From Thalia democratica (lineage: Eukaryota), in assembly GCA_965202585.1 (NCBI GenBank), contig OZ241832.1:17422001-17486000 (forward strand): a stretch of DNA of 64,000 nucleotides, in the 5' to 3' direction. The position numbers and the translations under genes were made by a program. Numbering within the stretch: position 1 is the first letter of the stretch; the number at the start of each line of letters is the position of its first letter. The notes under the pieces were generated by a model that had not been told where the DNA came from, searched no databases, and was given only the letters and a program-made list of their open reading frames with translations. This document shows positions 20,166 through 33,979 of the stretch, in pieces.

Positions 20166-23100
20166 GTGTTGGTTGTCAGTATAGAATGTTTCTCCTGTTT
20201 ATTTGTGGAACTTTTACAAAACCAAACTTGTTTTAGTTGTAAACTGTCTGTAACGCTTATTCATTTTACTTTAATTCTTAATATTATGATTTTGAAAGTT
20301 ATAAAAGCTTTCATTATACAGATTTTCACAGCGTTTTTCTTAATCTTCGTTTTAGTGCAGTGTTTGGCATTTTTACTATAGTATAATCCTTATAATAAGG
20401 TATATCAATACCATCTAGTTGAAAAACATGTTTTTTTTAAGTTTTTTGTTAATATAAATTAAGTAAACATTGTATTTCTTTTAATAGTTTTTACATATTG
20501 TAAATTCTTTATTTAAAATGAAACAGAAAGGTTTTAGGCAAAACAAGTGTTTTACTTCGTCAGTCAATTTAATAAAAACACTAAGTTTAAAATTTATCTA
20601 TAAAAAGACAGGCGTTTCTACAATTAAATTATATGTTATAAAACTTGCATTATAATATTTATCCTTAGTTTGTTGGACTTACAATCTAGTTTACATTCTT
20701 GAAAAACCAAGTATGTTGTAGAACTTTAAACCTAAAAGTACTGAACTGTATTTATGAAAACTTCAGAGAAGTATTTTTAAGTAAAACTTTAAAACACAGG
20801 TTCAGATTTATACGTGATCTATATTCTTTGTGTCGCCTACAATGACATGACTAATCTTTTGCAAACTGAAAAGTTAAAATATCATTAATACGAGGTGTCG
20901 TAAGCAAATAGCAAATTAAAGTTAAACAAACATTTTAGTCTGTATAATGAAGGAATGTTCTCATAAAGCAGACCACACAAACTGATAAGATGCTTCTGTT
21001 CAAATTAATAATTAACCAGGCTGTAAAGAAATATGTTACTTGCATGAGCATATTGTTGTAAAACAATCAATTAATTTTCATAATTAGATTACAAATGTTA
21101 AATTTTGCAGAAAATAAATTTAACAACAGAAATATTTTTAAAGCTGCAATAATTTTTGCGCACTTCAACTATCTGTTGAAAAGCATCGATTTCAAAACAA
21201 AATCTAATATGTTTTATTTTTTACGATTCTGCATATAGAAATGAGTATCGAACACAAGTATACTTTTCAAATATAATATATAAAAATAGTGTGCTTTAAA
21301 ACAACTACCCTATAAAACAAAGGGTATTCATACAGTTGATTTTTGAAATAACCAAAGAATTACTTCACTGTAAAACATTTTTTCAGTTTTTAATCAAAAG
21401 TTTCATTGCTTTTCATTCAAACTTTTTTACCTTTAAGATGTGTCCAGAAGAATTTCTTATATCAACATTTAGTTCTCTGTTATGCTTTTAATGATAAGCA
21501 AGACATTAGACAATTGATGATGATATAAAGAACAAAAAAATATCAGCAGCAATCCGATTAACAGGGAGGGACGACAAGCATTATTACGTCATAAAAGCTG
21601 AGCATGGTCTTATAATTGAAAATTAAGGTTATTAAACTGTATGTGAGAGTAATATTATAACAAATAGATAGTTCACTAACAATAATATTTATGAATATTT
21701 ATAGATACATAAAAGTAACCATAAAAATATAAAAAAGAGTACCTTAACCCTTAAAATTACAAGGACAACTCAAAAGTGTGCTTTAGATTAAGACTTTTAC
21801 GTCATTTTATAACGGATTAGAAATTTAAAATGTTGTTTTCTTGACCCTAAAATAACTAATAGCTGTATAAAGTTAATCTTAGAAAACCTTTAAAGACTAA
21901 TACAAAGTGCTTATAATATAATCCAAAAGTATAACAGCTATAAAAACTAAAGCGACCGCCAGCAAAGTTGACATTTGATCCCTGAATGACCGGCGACCAC
22001 ATGTTATTATTGTTTCGTCACATTAAGCTTCATGCTTTTTTATGACGTCACGAACGAGATGTAATCGGTGTATTTTGCTGCAACTTGTCGTGAGAATTAT
22101 GTTAAAGCAGATAAAATGTTCTTGCTTTGCAGCAATTGGAGTTAGTTTTTTAAATAAAGGCAAACATCGAAAAACTATTAATACTAAAATGTATCTAAAT
22201 TCTGATTTGTTTTTAGAAGAACCTATCATTTTTGTAGTTAGTTTGGTTTCAAGCAGGACCTGAAAAAGTCAATTGCTAGTAAAATAAGTGATAAAGTTAT
22301 TTTATTTTGTTTAAAAACAATCTAAAACTTGAGCTACTAAAAATGAAAACAAGTTTTTCAAAAGTGGTTTAAGACTGTAATGATGCAAACATAAACTCAA
22401 AATAATTTGTTTTATAAACTGTTATATTCTTGCTTAAAAGCTAAAACGTAAATCTAGAACTCCTAAATCTTCTCAAACCACATTAATATAGTTGCTAATG
22501 AAACGTTAACTAGTTTTAAACTTTAAAAGAAATAACTTGCTTGTAATCACTTTGATCGAAACTACCTACCGTTATAATAACAACATCTTTATGATGTCAT
22601 AAAGGGTTGTTATCAGTTTGTATTGTGATGAAACATAAACTCTATAATCACCGTTTATTTTGTGAATATTTGTTAAATGAACCTGTCGATATTTTGACAA
22701 CAGTCTTTTTAAAATTGATGAAATTAATTTATCTTCTTTTTTTGAAAACAGTTTGAAAAGCTTAACTTTCACTGAAGGTTTAAAAAATTGTTTTAAATGT
22801 ATTTTTAAATTCCCAACCAAAAAATTCTTAAATATCACGAAAGTACTTTAAACTACTTTGATTATTAAAATAACCAAAAAACCTTGAACAGTTTTCACAC
22901 AAAAAAAATCAGTATTTGCTATTTAATTAATACTGTATAGAAATAAAATTTTTAAAGTTGTTTTGCACGGAAATAACCTTAAACTTGACATATACTTTTC
23001 ATCTCAAGTTTTATATGCGTTACCTATCAAGTTACTTAATGACGGAAATCGAAAGAAGTTTCTTCACTTGTATACACAAAGCAGTTTCAAAACCAAGTCA

Positions 23101-25545
23101 CAACTTTCAATTACATTTCCTTATGTTCACTTCTTTAGAAACCTGTTCAAAAAGAAAATGTTATTTAAACAAGACACCACGTTTTTTACAAAGGCGTTAA
23201 TCATTTAAACTTTATTCTGCTTATAAGTTAATGTATTAATACTACTAAACTTTTTAAGAAAAAACAGAAACAAGAAACTTTTTTTTCGAACTTTCGCAGC
23301 TCGTTTACGAAGCTAATAATAAATAATTATTTTTTCATGGTTTTTTATTTGCCTATTAAATAATTTAAAACTTTGACTAAATTTTATTAGAGTTTAATCC
23401 GTTTGTGTAAATTACATATATAGGAATTTCGTAAATTTTCATCGATATGGTTATTTTATTTGTTATTTGACTATTAGACTAAAAATAATTTTAGTATTGT
23501 AAACGATATTCGCAACATGGCAAACATAAACAACATTTTGTTTGATTAATAGCTGTTAAACAGAGTTTGCGTAAAACTTTAAAATATTAAAGATGATCAA
23601 GTGACAGCTTATCTATAACACTTAGTTTGTTCTATAAAGATTTCTTCATTAAAATAATGCTACATAAATAGCTCAAACAATTTTGTTTCCAAAATAAATA
23701 TAACCACAAAGCACTACAAGTTTGTTCGTTTTACTAAAATTGCTTTTAAATATTATTACATTTATATGACTTAAATCTTATATTAGCAGAAAAATAATTA
23801 TTTATATTAGAAACGTTTAGTACGTTTTTTTTTCTGGAAACATTTCATATTTACATAACTGATATAACACTAAGTATTGCAAAAAACATTAGAAAAATAA
23901 TTATAACAATTTTTGTTTACTAAAAATGTTCTTAAAAACTCATTTTTAAATAAAAAGCTAATACTTGTACTAGTAAAAGCAAAAAACATAAACACTTTTA
24001 CAAAATTTAATATGATGCTTCTAATTACTAAGTAATCTTATTTTAAAGTTTAGTTAAACAAGTATACAAACTATTTAGGACTTCTTGACAAAATAACTAT
24101 ATTCTTTTTTTTTTACTTTATCTCTTCAGTAACTATCAAGAAATTTATATAAAAAAAAAAACTAAAAGTGTTAATTGTCATGTTCTTAACCAAAAACTTA
24201 AACACTAAGATTAAACTTAAACTTGGGCTTTGACTTTGTATTTACTTAATTAATTATACTTTAACAGTAATCAACTGGTTTCAATTCGTAAATTCATAAC
24301 TATCTCTTAACTATCAATTCACGTGTAAGGTATGTTTTAATCTGTTGTGTTCTACTAAAAAAAATTTGAAAATGTAAATTTTGTTGAAATAAAAAGCTTA
24401 AAAATATTAACAACGAGAAAACTTGATTGATTATTTAGACAAAAATGTTTATAAAGATTTCGCAGGAAAAACGACGGAAACACAATTATTTACAAATAGC
24501 TTACGCTTGGCATTTGTCTCATATTCAGCAAATTGGCCTATTAAGAGTCGTTTTAAAACAATTCACATATCAGACAGAATCACGAAAATCATTCGAGTAT
24601 TTACTTAGACTCAAGATGACAAACACGAGAGTGAAATATGAGAGAATTGGAAAAAGATATAATCACTGGTACGTGAAAAATTAAGCGTGTTTGCGATCAC
24701 TACCTTGTGGTAAAAGTTGAAGTTTGCAGAAGAAAATTTGAAATTATCAACAAATTAGTTTTGCTTTTTTGGTGGCAATGCAAACATTTTGTCGGTTGTA
24801 GTATTTTAGCTTGTTAAATATATTTCTATTAATGGTCTTATCCAAAGGGGTTGATCATGTCGATTCGATTTCTGACGTCAAACGAAGGTTCGGACTTCTG
24901 TTCTGCAGACTTTCGCCGATGTTTTTGTTGGTTTTATCCACTTATTTTTTTAGTGATTGTTTATTTTTTTTATAATTGATATTAAACTTGTTTTTATTAC
25001 TTAAAAATTTAGTTTGTCTAAATCTAAACTAAGAACGTTTCAATGTGCTAAAATATAGATATCAAAAAAGTCATTTTGTTTCTGTTTATAAAGACAAACA
25101 CTAATTGTATTGTTGTGCGGTTGTCCTTTGGATAATTCACTGTGAATTACACTACTTAGTAGTGACAATTATAGTTCAGATACTAATAATTAACTACTTG
25201 TATTCCTAATGGTGTATTATATAAGCTTGTTAACGAAAAATTTTATCAAACTTCATATAAGTTTTAAAAAAAACAGAAGTTTTTTCAATATCGCTTGTTT
25301 ACAAATATCAGAGATATAAGTTAAACTAGACAACTTACATTTTTAAATCTAAATTTAAATTAACCTAAGTGGAGTGCTAAATATTACCAGATTTATAAAA
25401 ATTAAATTGAAATTAAAAAACTGTTTTAGGTTTTCAATAACTTTGTTATTTGTACTTTATACAAATTCAATTTGTTATCGTAAGATAAACAGCAAAATCG
25501 AAAATAGCCGGGTTTTTAGGAATTTTTATTGTGGTGCATACAAAC

Positions 25546-25670
25546 GTATGTGGTAATTTAATATTCTTTATAAATTCGGCGGAAACTTGCTCTACTCAAA
25601 GAGCTGGGCATTACTGGCTGAACCGAGCTGAAATCATTGTGACCATTCAACTCAACTTGAGCATTTAGAT
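25546..25670. promoter_or_regulatory. Conserved non-coding element B, unit 2 copy
   Basis: 123/125 identical to 2894-3018. Confidence 0.55.
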
Positions 25671-28600
25671 ATCAGTTTTTTCCAAACTTCATAAATTATA
25701 TTACATTGTAAAGCTCCTATGTAAATATAACTTCGCGTTGCTTCATTGATAATGTTTTGAAAAATATTAAAATCGAAACTGATTGAATTGTTAACTTTGT
25801 TTTGGTTTGCAAGCGTATTTAAAGGCTGTAGTAAGTTAGCACATTTTGTTTTTTCTTTTACATAAAAGCTTTCAAATACCTACTGATGTTTAGTTGTTTT
25901 CCTTATTAGACTTATAAAAAAAACATTTACATACTTTCTACCTATAGAATTTTATTTAAAAGCATTTAATTCATTAATGAATATTGGAAACAAACTTTGT
26001 TTTTTTTTTGTTTTTAATATTTACAGGTTTATTAAACTACCAGACTATCAATAACTTAATATCAATATTACCTACTTGTTCAAGTCAATGTACAAAAATC
26101 TATCCTTTTATTAGAAATCCTCTTTTAATGGTATATTTTTTTTGTTTTATCATCGTACTTTTTCTTAACTCACTTATACATTCTACCTAGTATACCTATA
26201 TGGTAATTTTTGATGCTTAAAAATTTAGTGGGATTATGCTCACAAAAAAGTCGAATTAAAACGCTTACAGCATTAAGTGGCAACTTTCTAGTTTCTCTAC
26301 AATATGAAAGTTACTGCTGTGTAAAAGCACTTGAAAAACTCTCGAAAAAAGCTCTTTAAATACAATATTGTGCTAATGTGTAGCTGATAAAAAACATACA
26401 ATTTAGCTTTATACTCTCTAGAATAAAATAAAGTACTGTGGAGGTTCAACTTTTTTTTTGAGTTTAAATGTGCTTTTAACAATAATTTACCTTCATTTTC
26501 TTTATTTTGTTTTTTCATTTGAGTTTGAATTTATATTTAATTTAGAAACTTACTTTGCTATATTCATAAAAGAATAGTTTTCATCAGTAACTTTTTTTCG
26601 CACAATACAACTTGTATTATGATTTTATTTTGTTTGTCTTTTACAACACACAAGCAATCATTCAAAAAACGTGCGACTTATAAAAAATATTTGCATTGTC
26701 CCACATATCTTTGTAACGACTAATTCAGTAAGTTTCAGTTGAAAGTTTGCAGTCAGTTTAAATTTAATCAAAAAGTTTTTTTCCGAATTTACAAGCTTCA
26801 AATGCGATTATTATCTCATAACAAGAGAAATAAGTATAATGGCTCTAAAACACATTTAATAATTATCCACGGCTGTATAACAATTCAATTTATTAGTTTT
26901 CATCTTATTTTAAATACAGCTTATATTGAAAATACATTTTCAAAATATTGAATGATTTAGTTTAAAAACCATCACAGAGTTAGAAAATCAATAAAACTGA
27001 TTTATCTGTCGCTATAAATAGTATTGCTTGATTTATAAATCATTACAGTATTTTGTTTAGACTGTGGCAATGAAGTTTAAACAGCTAACTTACTTATTTT
27101 TATTTTGTTTTTCTGTTTTCTTAAGTCACATAAGTAGAACGAAATATTCTTAAATTGTTTTAAAATATGAGTTTTAGCCAAATAAGCCAACATGATATTG
27201 ACATTGCTTAAGTATCTCTTCGCATTACTTCGCAAATAATAGAAACAACAGGGTTCTGCTAAGTCAAAATAAAGATTAACTATCTTTATTTTTACAAAAT
27301 AAAACAAACCATTGGCGTCGCATTTGTTAATAAACAATTTTTTTGTAGAAACTTATTGTAAAAACTTTAGAAAGTTTTATGAGTTTTTTTTAATTCAAAC
27401 GTAAAATGACCAAACTAAATAAGCAATAAAAAACTAAACTCAATGTTTACTTTTATTTTTTATGGTAATTTAAAATAGTTGAATAAATAAGCAGGTATTA
27501 CGATAAATTTAATTTTCATGCATGTATACAATAGACAAACGTACAATTGTTTTAAATTTTAATTTAGAAACTTACTTTGCGATATTTAAAACTTAAACCG
27601 GACTCTTAACATTATTACTATATTTTTAGATGTAAGTAATATTTTCTAGTAATTAAATAATTTACTTATTAGTGATGATTGTGGTACCAAAGCTTTTCTT
27701 GAGCAATTACTGAAACTTTCTACTTCAAAAATATAGAGTTACAGTGAATGCTAATTTGTGGTTTGCTACAGTTAAATTGTTAAATTTAAAAAAAAAAAGG
27801 TATTTTGAGGCTTCAATTTCTTAACCAAACTAGCCTTAAGTTTTTTTTTTGTATTTCTGTAGCCTTCAGAAAACGATACAAAATTTTAGCAGATTATTGT
27901 TAATAAAATACTATAAAAATTAAACTAAGTTTAAATGTTTGTTATTATTTAAGCATCATTTTTTTTTACATTCTTTTCGACATTTCTGACCAAAGAAACC
28001 ACAAACTTATTAACAAATTACCACACACAACGTAATAAGATAACAGAGGACAAATAGTGACTGATGATTGAATTTCTACAAAAAAAAAAGAATCTACTGT
28101 AGATTTTAATTTCCGCTTTAAAAACTTATCAATCGTCGGGATACTCTTCAATTGAACCGACAGTTCTTTTAGACCCGCATTTAATTGCTTATTTATCCGC
28201 TGACTTTATGTAAATACACTATTTTGCTAGCAGTGAAAAGATTAAGGTTTAGTTTTGACGTCTTTTTGGGTGTTCCTTATAAACTTATCTTTTCAGTCTC
28301 TAAAGGGTTTTGTGAAGTGTAAGCAAATAGTAAGAAAAATACTATAAGATTTAGAATTTCAAAAAGTAAACGATATTGCCCCTATTTTTGCTATCAGGGT
28401 TTATTAACTAGTAAGGGGAGAAAAAGTAAGTGCTTAACTAACTAGTAAAAGAAAAGTATTTAAAAAACGAAGGAACTTTTTAAATTTTTGCCTATAAGTT
28501 TAGAAAATGACTTTAGAAAACCTAATAACATTCATAAATAGTTATGTTTTAAAAGCTTAATGCAAACTATTAAAATCAAAATTTATACCGCTTTATCACA

Positions 28601-28890
28601 GTGGCTATCTTAAGTGAAAAGTTTAATTGCTGCAAGTTTAAAGTGTGTTGCTTGACTGCTTGTACAATTTTTAGGATCATTTTACATCTAACCGGCTTAA
28701 ATGTTTGCATCGTAAAACTAAATACTTGTGCACGTGCCAAAATTCGCGGTCATGTTTACAACTATCGACATAACACTGCTACAACATAAGTTTAAATTTA
28801 AAAATAACCGATAAAGACGAATTGATTCATATACATCTTTGTACAGATACAAAAGATACATTTTACCTTTATAAACTTTCAACCTTTTTT

Positions 28891-28987
28891 ATTCCGATTA
28901 CCACGCTAGTCAGATCATACAACTAACCTATATGTTTAGCTGTGTGTCTTTGATATCTCGATTCAAAATTTCCATAGCAACAACAAG
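28891..28987 (+). other. Putative first exon of pseudogene B
   Basis: 97-bp homolog of 6214-6310 with an intact CAAG|GTAACT donor. Confidence 0.45.
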
Positions 28988-30906
28988 GTAACTATGCAAT
29001 TTCGACAGCTACGCAAACTATCAAAGCAGCTATTTTTGTAATAATTTCCCCGATAAGCTTGTTTGTATGTAAACTACTTTTTGTTAATTCTTTGCACGCA
29101 GAGGCTAATTTGTGCTTCGTTTGGTTTTCGGCGCGTTTCGTTCAGCTTTTGTGCCAAAATCAACAAAAGACAACTCAGCCAGCCAAGTAGTAAGCGTTAA
29201 GGTGGTCTGTTGTAGAAAAAAATGTTTTTTTATCGATTAAGTCTATAATTGTTTATTTTAATCGAAGGTTTTTGTAAACTTTGTTGAAAGATGATTTTTG
29301 CCTTTGTATTTATTTTGCGATTTTGAGAAAGCGTTGTCGTTTGTAAATGTGCATTAATTTTACGACAAACTTAAAAGATTTGTTTGCATAATCTCGACTT
29401 TACGACTTGTTTAATGCCATCAGACAGAATTGAAAAAGGTTTTTTTCATAGTTTTGCCTAAATCACTCGTTTTTTTCCAAACAAATATATTTTTTAAAGT
29501 TTATTTGTAAAATATTGATTAAAAAAAATGTAATGAAAACAAAATTTCTAAGTTTTTTTATTAATGAAATAAACTAATTGAAGCCCTGAAAAACTTTGAC
29601 TATTTTAAAATAAATCTACAGTGAACTGATTTGAAGCGCCTAAATAAGACGATTCACCCAATTAGAGTTAAAAATTATTTTCCACCAAGAATGGAATTTA
29701 AGTAAGATTGCCACTGAAGCAAATAAGTCTTTTAAATGTCTAGTAAGCTGCCTATTTGTTTGAAACTATATATGAAGTTGCTTCTGAAGATCAGTGTTTG
29801 TTTTAATGATATTTTTTACTTGTTTCAGCTGTAAGTTTTGATGATTATGAAAAACTTGTTTTCTTAACAGTTATAAAACTTAATTTTGATGAAGTTCTAA
29901 AAAAAAAAAGCAAGAATGCTTTTGATTTATCATTTGTTACAGGTTTTAACGATATTGTACTTTTTTGTACTTAAAACTTTTAATTTCAAAAATTTAATAT
30001 GTATAACAGTTAACTAACTTTTAGCGTCAAAACAAGTCAGTATGTATTAAAATACTCTCAGTATGTTATCTACCAACGTTATTAATTAGGCGACGGCTTA
30101 AAACTTTTTATTTGTATAAGATTTCGTTGTTAGTTAGTTAAGCTGTTATTAGTCAAACAAGTTTGAATATTATCAAAAGATATATAGCGACATAACAAAA
30201 GGGCTTTAAAAAACTTTTAAAATATCGTTTTTGTTTCGTTGTTTTTGTTGTACAATTAAGGAAGTTTGTTAAATCTCCTTATGAGAGAGTAAATGTGTTT
30301 TGATACAAATAACAAGTGCATGTGTTGCAACAAACATTAAAACTTTGTTTTACATCTAACTTACATCAGAATTACACAGCTAACTAGAAAGAATAATAAA
30401 TAGAAAAATACCAATTTGTTTTTACTTGTTATGAAATGTAAGCTCTTTTTTTCGCTTTTTATCTAAAGTAAAAGAATTTTGTTCTTGAAAAAACTAAATG
30501 TTACAGTTTTTAAAAGATTGTTTTAATAGTTGTGTGCTAAAGTTTTTATTAGAATCATCATTACAAAGTACCCTGTTTTTATTTATGTCATAACAAATCA
30601 ATTTGAGAAGTATCATTTGCGTAATTATAATTAAGTTACCAAGTAAACTTTAATAAAAATCTTCAAATGTTTAAAATACAAAAAAATCTTAGTTATAATG
30701 AATCAGTTAAAAGCTTAAATAATTACTTTCCATTAAAAGTTTGTTATTCTTTCAGTGACCATCTTAATAAAAAAAAGGTTTTCACATTTAACACAAACTA
30801 ACAATAATTTTGTCAAATTTAGATTTATTAAACTTGTATGAAGAGCAGCCGTATATATAACCGTTTGTCAACATGCTTACATTTCAAATCAAAATCACGT
30901 ACAATA

Positions 30907-31020
30907 AATAAGAAGCTTTTTCGGCACGTTATATTTTGTGAAATATCAGCATTTTTTTATTTATTAATAAGGCGTTTATCGCTAAAGATTAAATTTTTAT
31001 TGTTTGTTTGCCTAATCAGT
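30907..31020. promoter_or_regulatory. Conserved non-coding element D (units 2 and 3 only)
   Basis: aataagaagctttt(t)cggcacgttatattttg...aataaggcgtt...aagattaaatttt matches ~50569-50683. Unit 1 diverges right after aataagaagc (~8510). Confidence 0.45.
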
Positions 31021-33552
31021 TGTTCGTAGTAAACTTATTTTTTGTTTTTTATAACTTTATGCTACTTTGAATGTTTATAGCAAAGTCGAGTTTAGCTTAT
31101 AATTTAATGATTTTTAAGAACTAATGTACTGCGTTTAAATAAAATTTGCAAATATACCTGTAATAATTTTAATACATTTGTTTTTACTTTGGTGATAATA
31201 ATTGGAAAACTTTATATATAGACTGATAATTCTGTGTCTTGTATTATTTTATTGATATTTCATTTTCATTGACTTTTCATTGACTTAAAAAAACAGTTGA
31301 CTAAAAACCTAAAAATAAACTGACTTTAAATCTTTTGATAGCTTTTGAAAGATAATATCTATAGTTTAATTTAAGTACATCAACAGTAACTCATTAAAAA
31401 TTTCATTATAATTTGTTTACAAAACTCATTTGTTTTTTCTTACAAACTAGCTTGCTTCGTTTTACAAGAACTTATCTTTTTATTGGCCTCTAATCGCTTT
31501 CTAATTAAACGCTGATGTCAACCTTGAGGCTATTGAGTTACATTGTTAAATTAGAAAGTCAAAAAATTGACTTCAGCAAAAAAAAGAAGTTGATTAATTT
31601 TAATTTTGACGGCATGAAAGTCAGGTAAACAAACAAAAAACTTATTTCAGGATTTTATTTTAGATTCATGACCGTTTATAGACTTTCAGTCTTATCAAAA
31701 AAAAAAAATTTGTTAATTTTTATAATTTTCGTCTAAATTGAGAAATATTTTCAAACAATTTTATTGATTTGCGAAATATTATAACAAAGTATAAGTTATT
31801 TAAGATCCTAATGTAAAAATTACGCGTTAAGGAAAATTATTAAATTTAAAATAATATGTGTGGTAGATTATAGTTTTAAACTTCTTATAAATCAAACGTA
31901 GGGACAATATTTACACATCTTTGTCCAACATAAATGGTCTTTGTTGCAAGGTCTGACTTTTTGTGACTTTTTGTGGTAACTACGTGACAACAATAAAACT
32001 AGGGTTTATTAGTTAAATTAAAATTTCACGACCCTTAATACTTTAAAATTTAATTTTTTGAACAACGTTTAACTGTATTTGTTTATTTGCTTTTTATTAA
32101 AAAAAATATTTTTTCTCAAGGAAATACGAGATTTAATTATAATAAAATTCTTAGGAACTTTTTTAATTAAGTTATATTGACAAAGTTTCTTGTTTTTGAA
32201 CCTATTTTTATCTACTTTTAAAGTTAACTTAAGCTTTATATATATTGCCATTAAGTTCTAAACAGAAAAAAAAAATAAACTAGCAAACAAAATAAATAAA
32301 CATAATTATTTGAAATTTAGTATTTCTAATAAATTTTAGAAGTCTTAGGCTTTTTAAATTTTTGTTGTTTTATAAAATAAATCAAAAAGTTAAAAAACCT
32401 GCATCATTTATATATTGTTTGTTTGTACGGTGGTTTTTCATGGAAAAAATTAATGATTTCATAAAAAAAAACGCATTAAAATATATATTTACAACTAAAT
32501 ATTAAAAGAGTAGTGAAAATATTTGAACTTTTTATGTTTTATGAACTTGATTCGTAAACTTTCACACATTCAAAACTATCAGATAATAATATATTATTTT
32601 AAAGTTACTTTACTTTCAATTAGTTTATAAAGCCATATTTAATGTTAATTTGTAAGTATTTCTTCTACCTCATCTAATTTCACAATCAATGTCAATATAA
32701 GTTCATTTTGATAATTATATTATCATTTTATGAAGCACGATTTAATATATTACAAACACGGAGGTTAATAACACAGGTGCGTACTAAATTAGTTGCAGAA
32801 ATTTAATTCGCACTTTTAAAAATTATTTTAAGTTGTTTTAAAAGTTTCATTGTTAGCACATTCTATGCTATATAGTCTTATAACTATTAGTTATGTTCGT
32901 ACAATATAAATTAAATTACGTTGAGAATACTTTGGGTTTTAGGGTTGAATGTATAACTTTGAACTACGTTTTCCTTTGAACTTTGCCGACAATAAAGTTG
33001 CGCGTCAAATTTTATGTAGTCATTTTCGAAATGACAGTTAACTCGCGGATTCATAAATTTTTTATACCATTCGTCAAGGTAAAATTATTTTAATTAATCA
33101 TTCTGCCTTGTTAAGAAAGCAAAAACAGTTTTAAGTTTTTTTGCGGTTATAGTTTTTCGTAAAATATAACTTTTTAGTAATGTATAAAACGTAGAAAAAT
33201 CTAATAATGTTTAATATCTCTAATGATTTACCTTTTTAGTATAAATAATATAAGTTTTGTCAATTTTATTTATTCATAAAGTATTTAAAAAAAGGAAAAT
33301 GTCTTTAAAATTATTAACACTGTAAGTAAATACAAATCAAAAAAAAAAAACAAAAAACTTTACGTTAAACTAAAGACTACAGTTTTACATTTAGTAGCTC
33401 ACTTATGACATGTTTTAATTGCAAAAATGACACAATGCTAATTAGCTACAAAAGGTGTGCGAAAATTTCTCTGAAAACTTCTCCGAATTTTGCATCAGTG
33501 TTTAATTAAGCTTTGTTATCACAACTTTTTATCTCCTTATATCACCAATAAG

Positions 33553-33602
33553 CACACTGATTGTCATGACAACAGTTCACTTTGATTGTAATGACAACAG
33601 TT
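33553..33602. promoter_or_regulatory. X-box-like tandem pair, unit 2
   Basis: attgtcatgacaacagttcactttgattgtaatgacaacag. Confidence 0.4.
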
Positions 33603-33979
33603 AACCATAATTGACATGCAATGCATGTAACTCAATGCATATCAAGTATCCTGTATTTTATGTTTGTACAACTAAACCCTTTTGTCTAAAAGTATAACAT
33701 GACTAAAACAATCCTTTTGTGATAACTTGTTAATTTCACTTAATGAATAAAAAATTTTTAATTAAATAAAGCTCAACATGATTTGTTATTGAATTCTTTC
33801 TTACAATGCTTATAAAATTACAACCTTTTATAACAATTTTCACGATTAAAAACAACACTTAACATACATCAATGTTAGAAACTTCTATTAGATCTTCTAA
33901 AAATAATACAATTTTTTGAGATAAAACTTAATAAAATTTAATTCAATACCTAGATGATATTGTACCAAGATATTCAAAG

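Larger units (their letters stand above)
280..21960 (+). repeat. Tandem segmental duplication unit 1 (~21.6 kb)
   Basis: The same ordered series of conserved blocks recurs at ~+21.7 kb and ~+42 kb (e.g. acgagacgtatgcggcgtg at ~385 and ~42447; attccgattaccacgcta at 6214, 28891, 48487). Boundaries are approximate. Confidence 0.9.
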
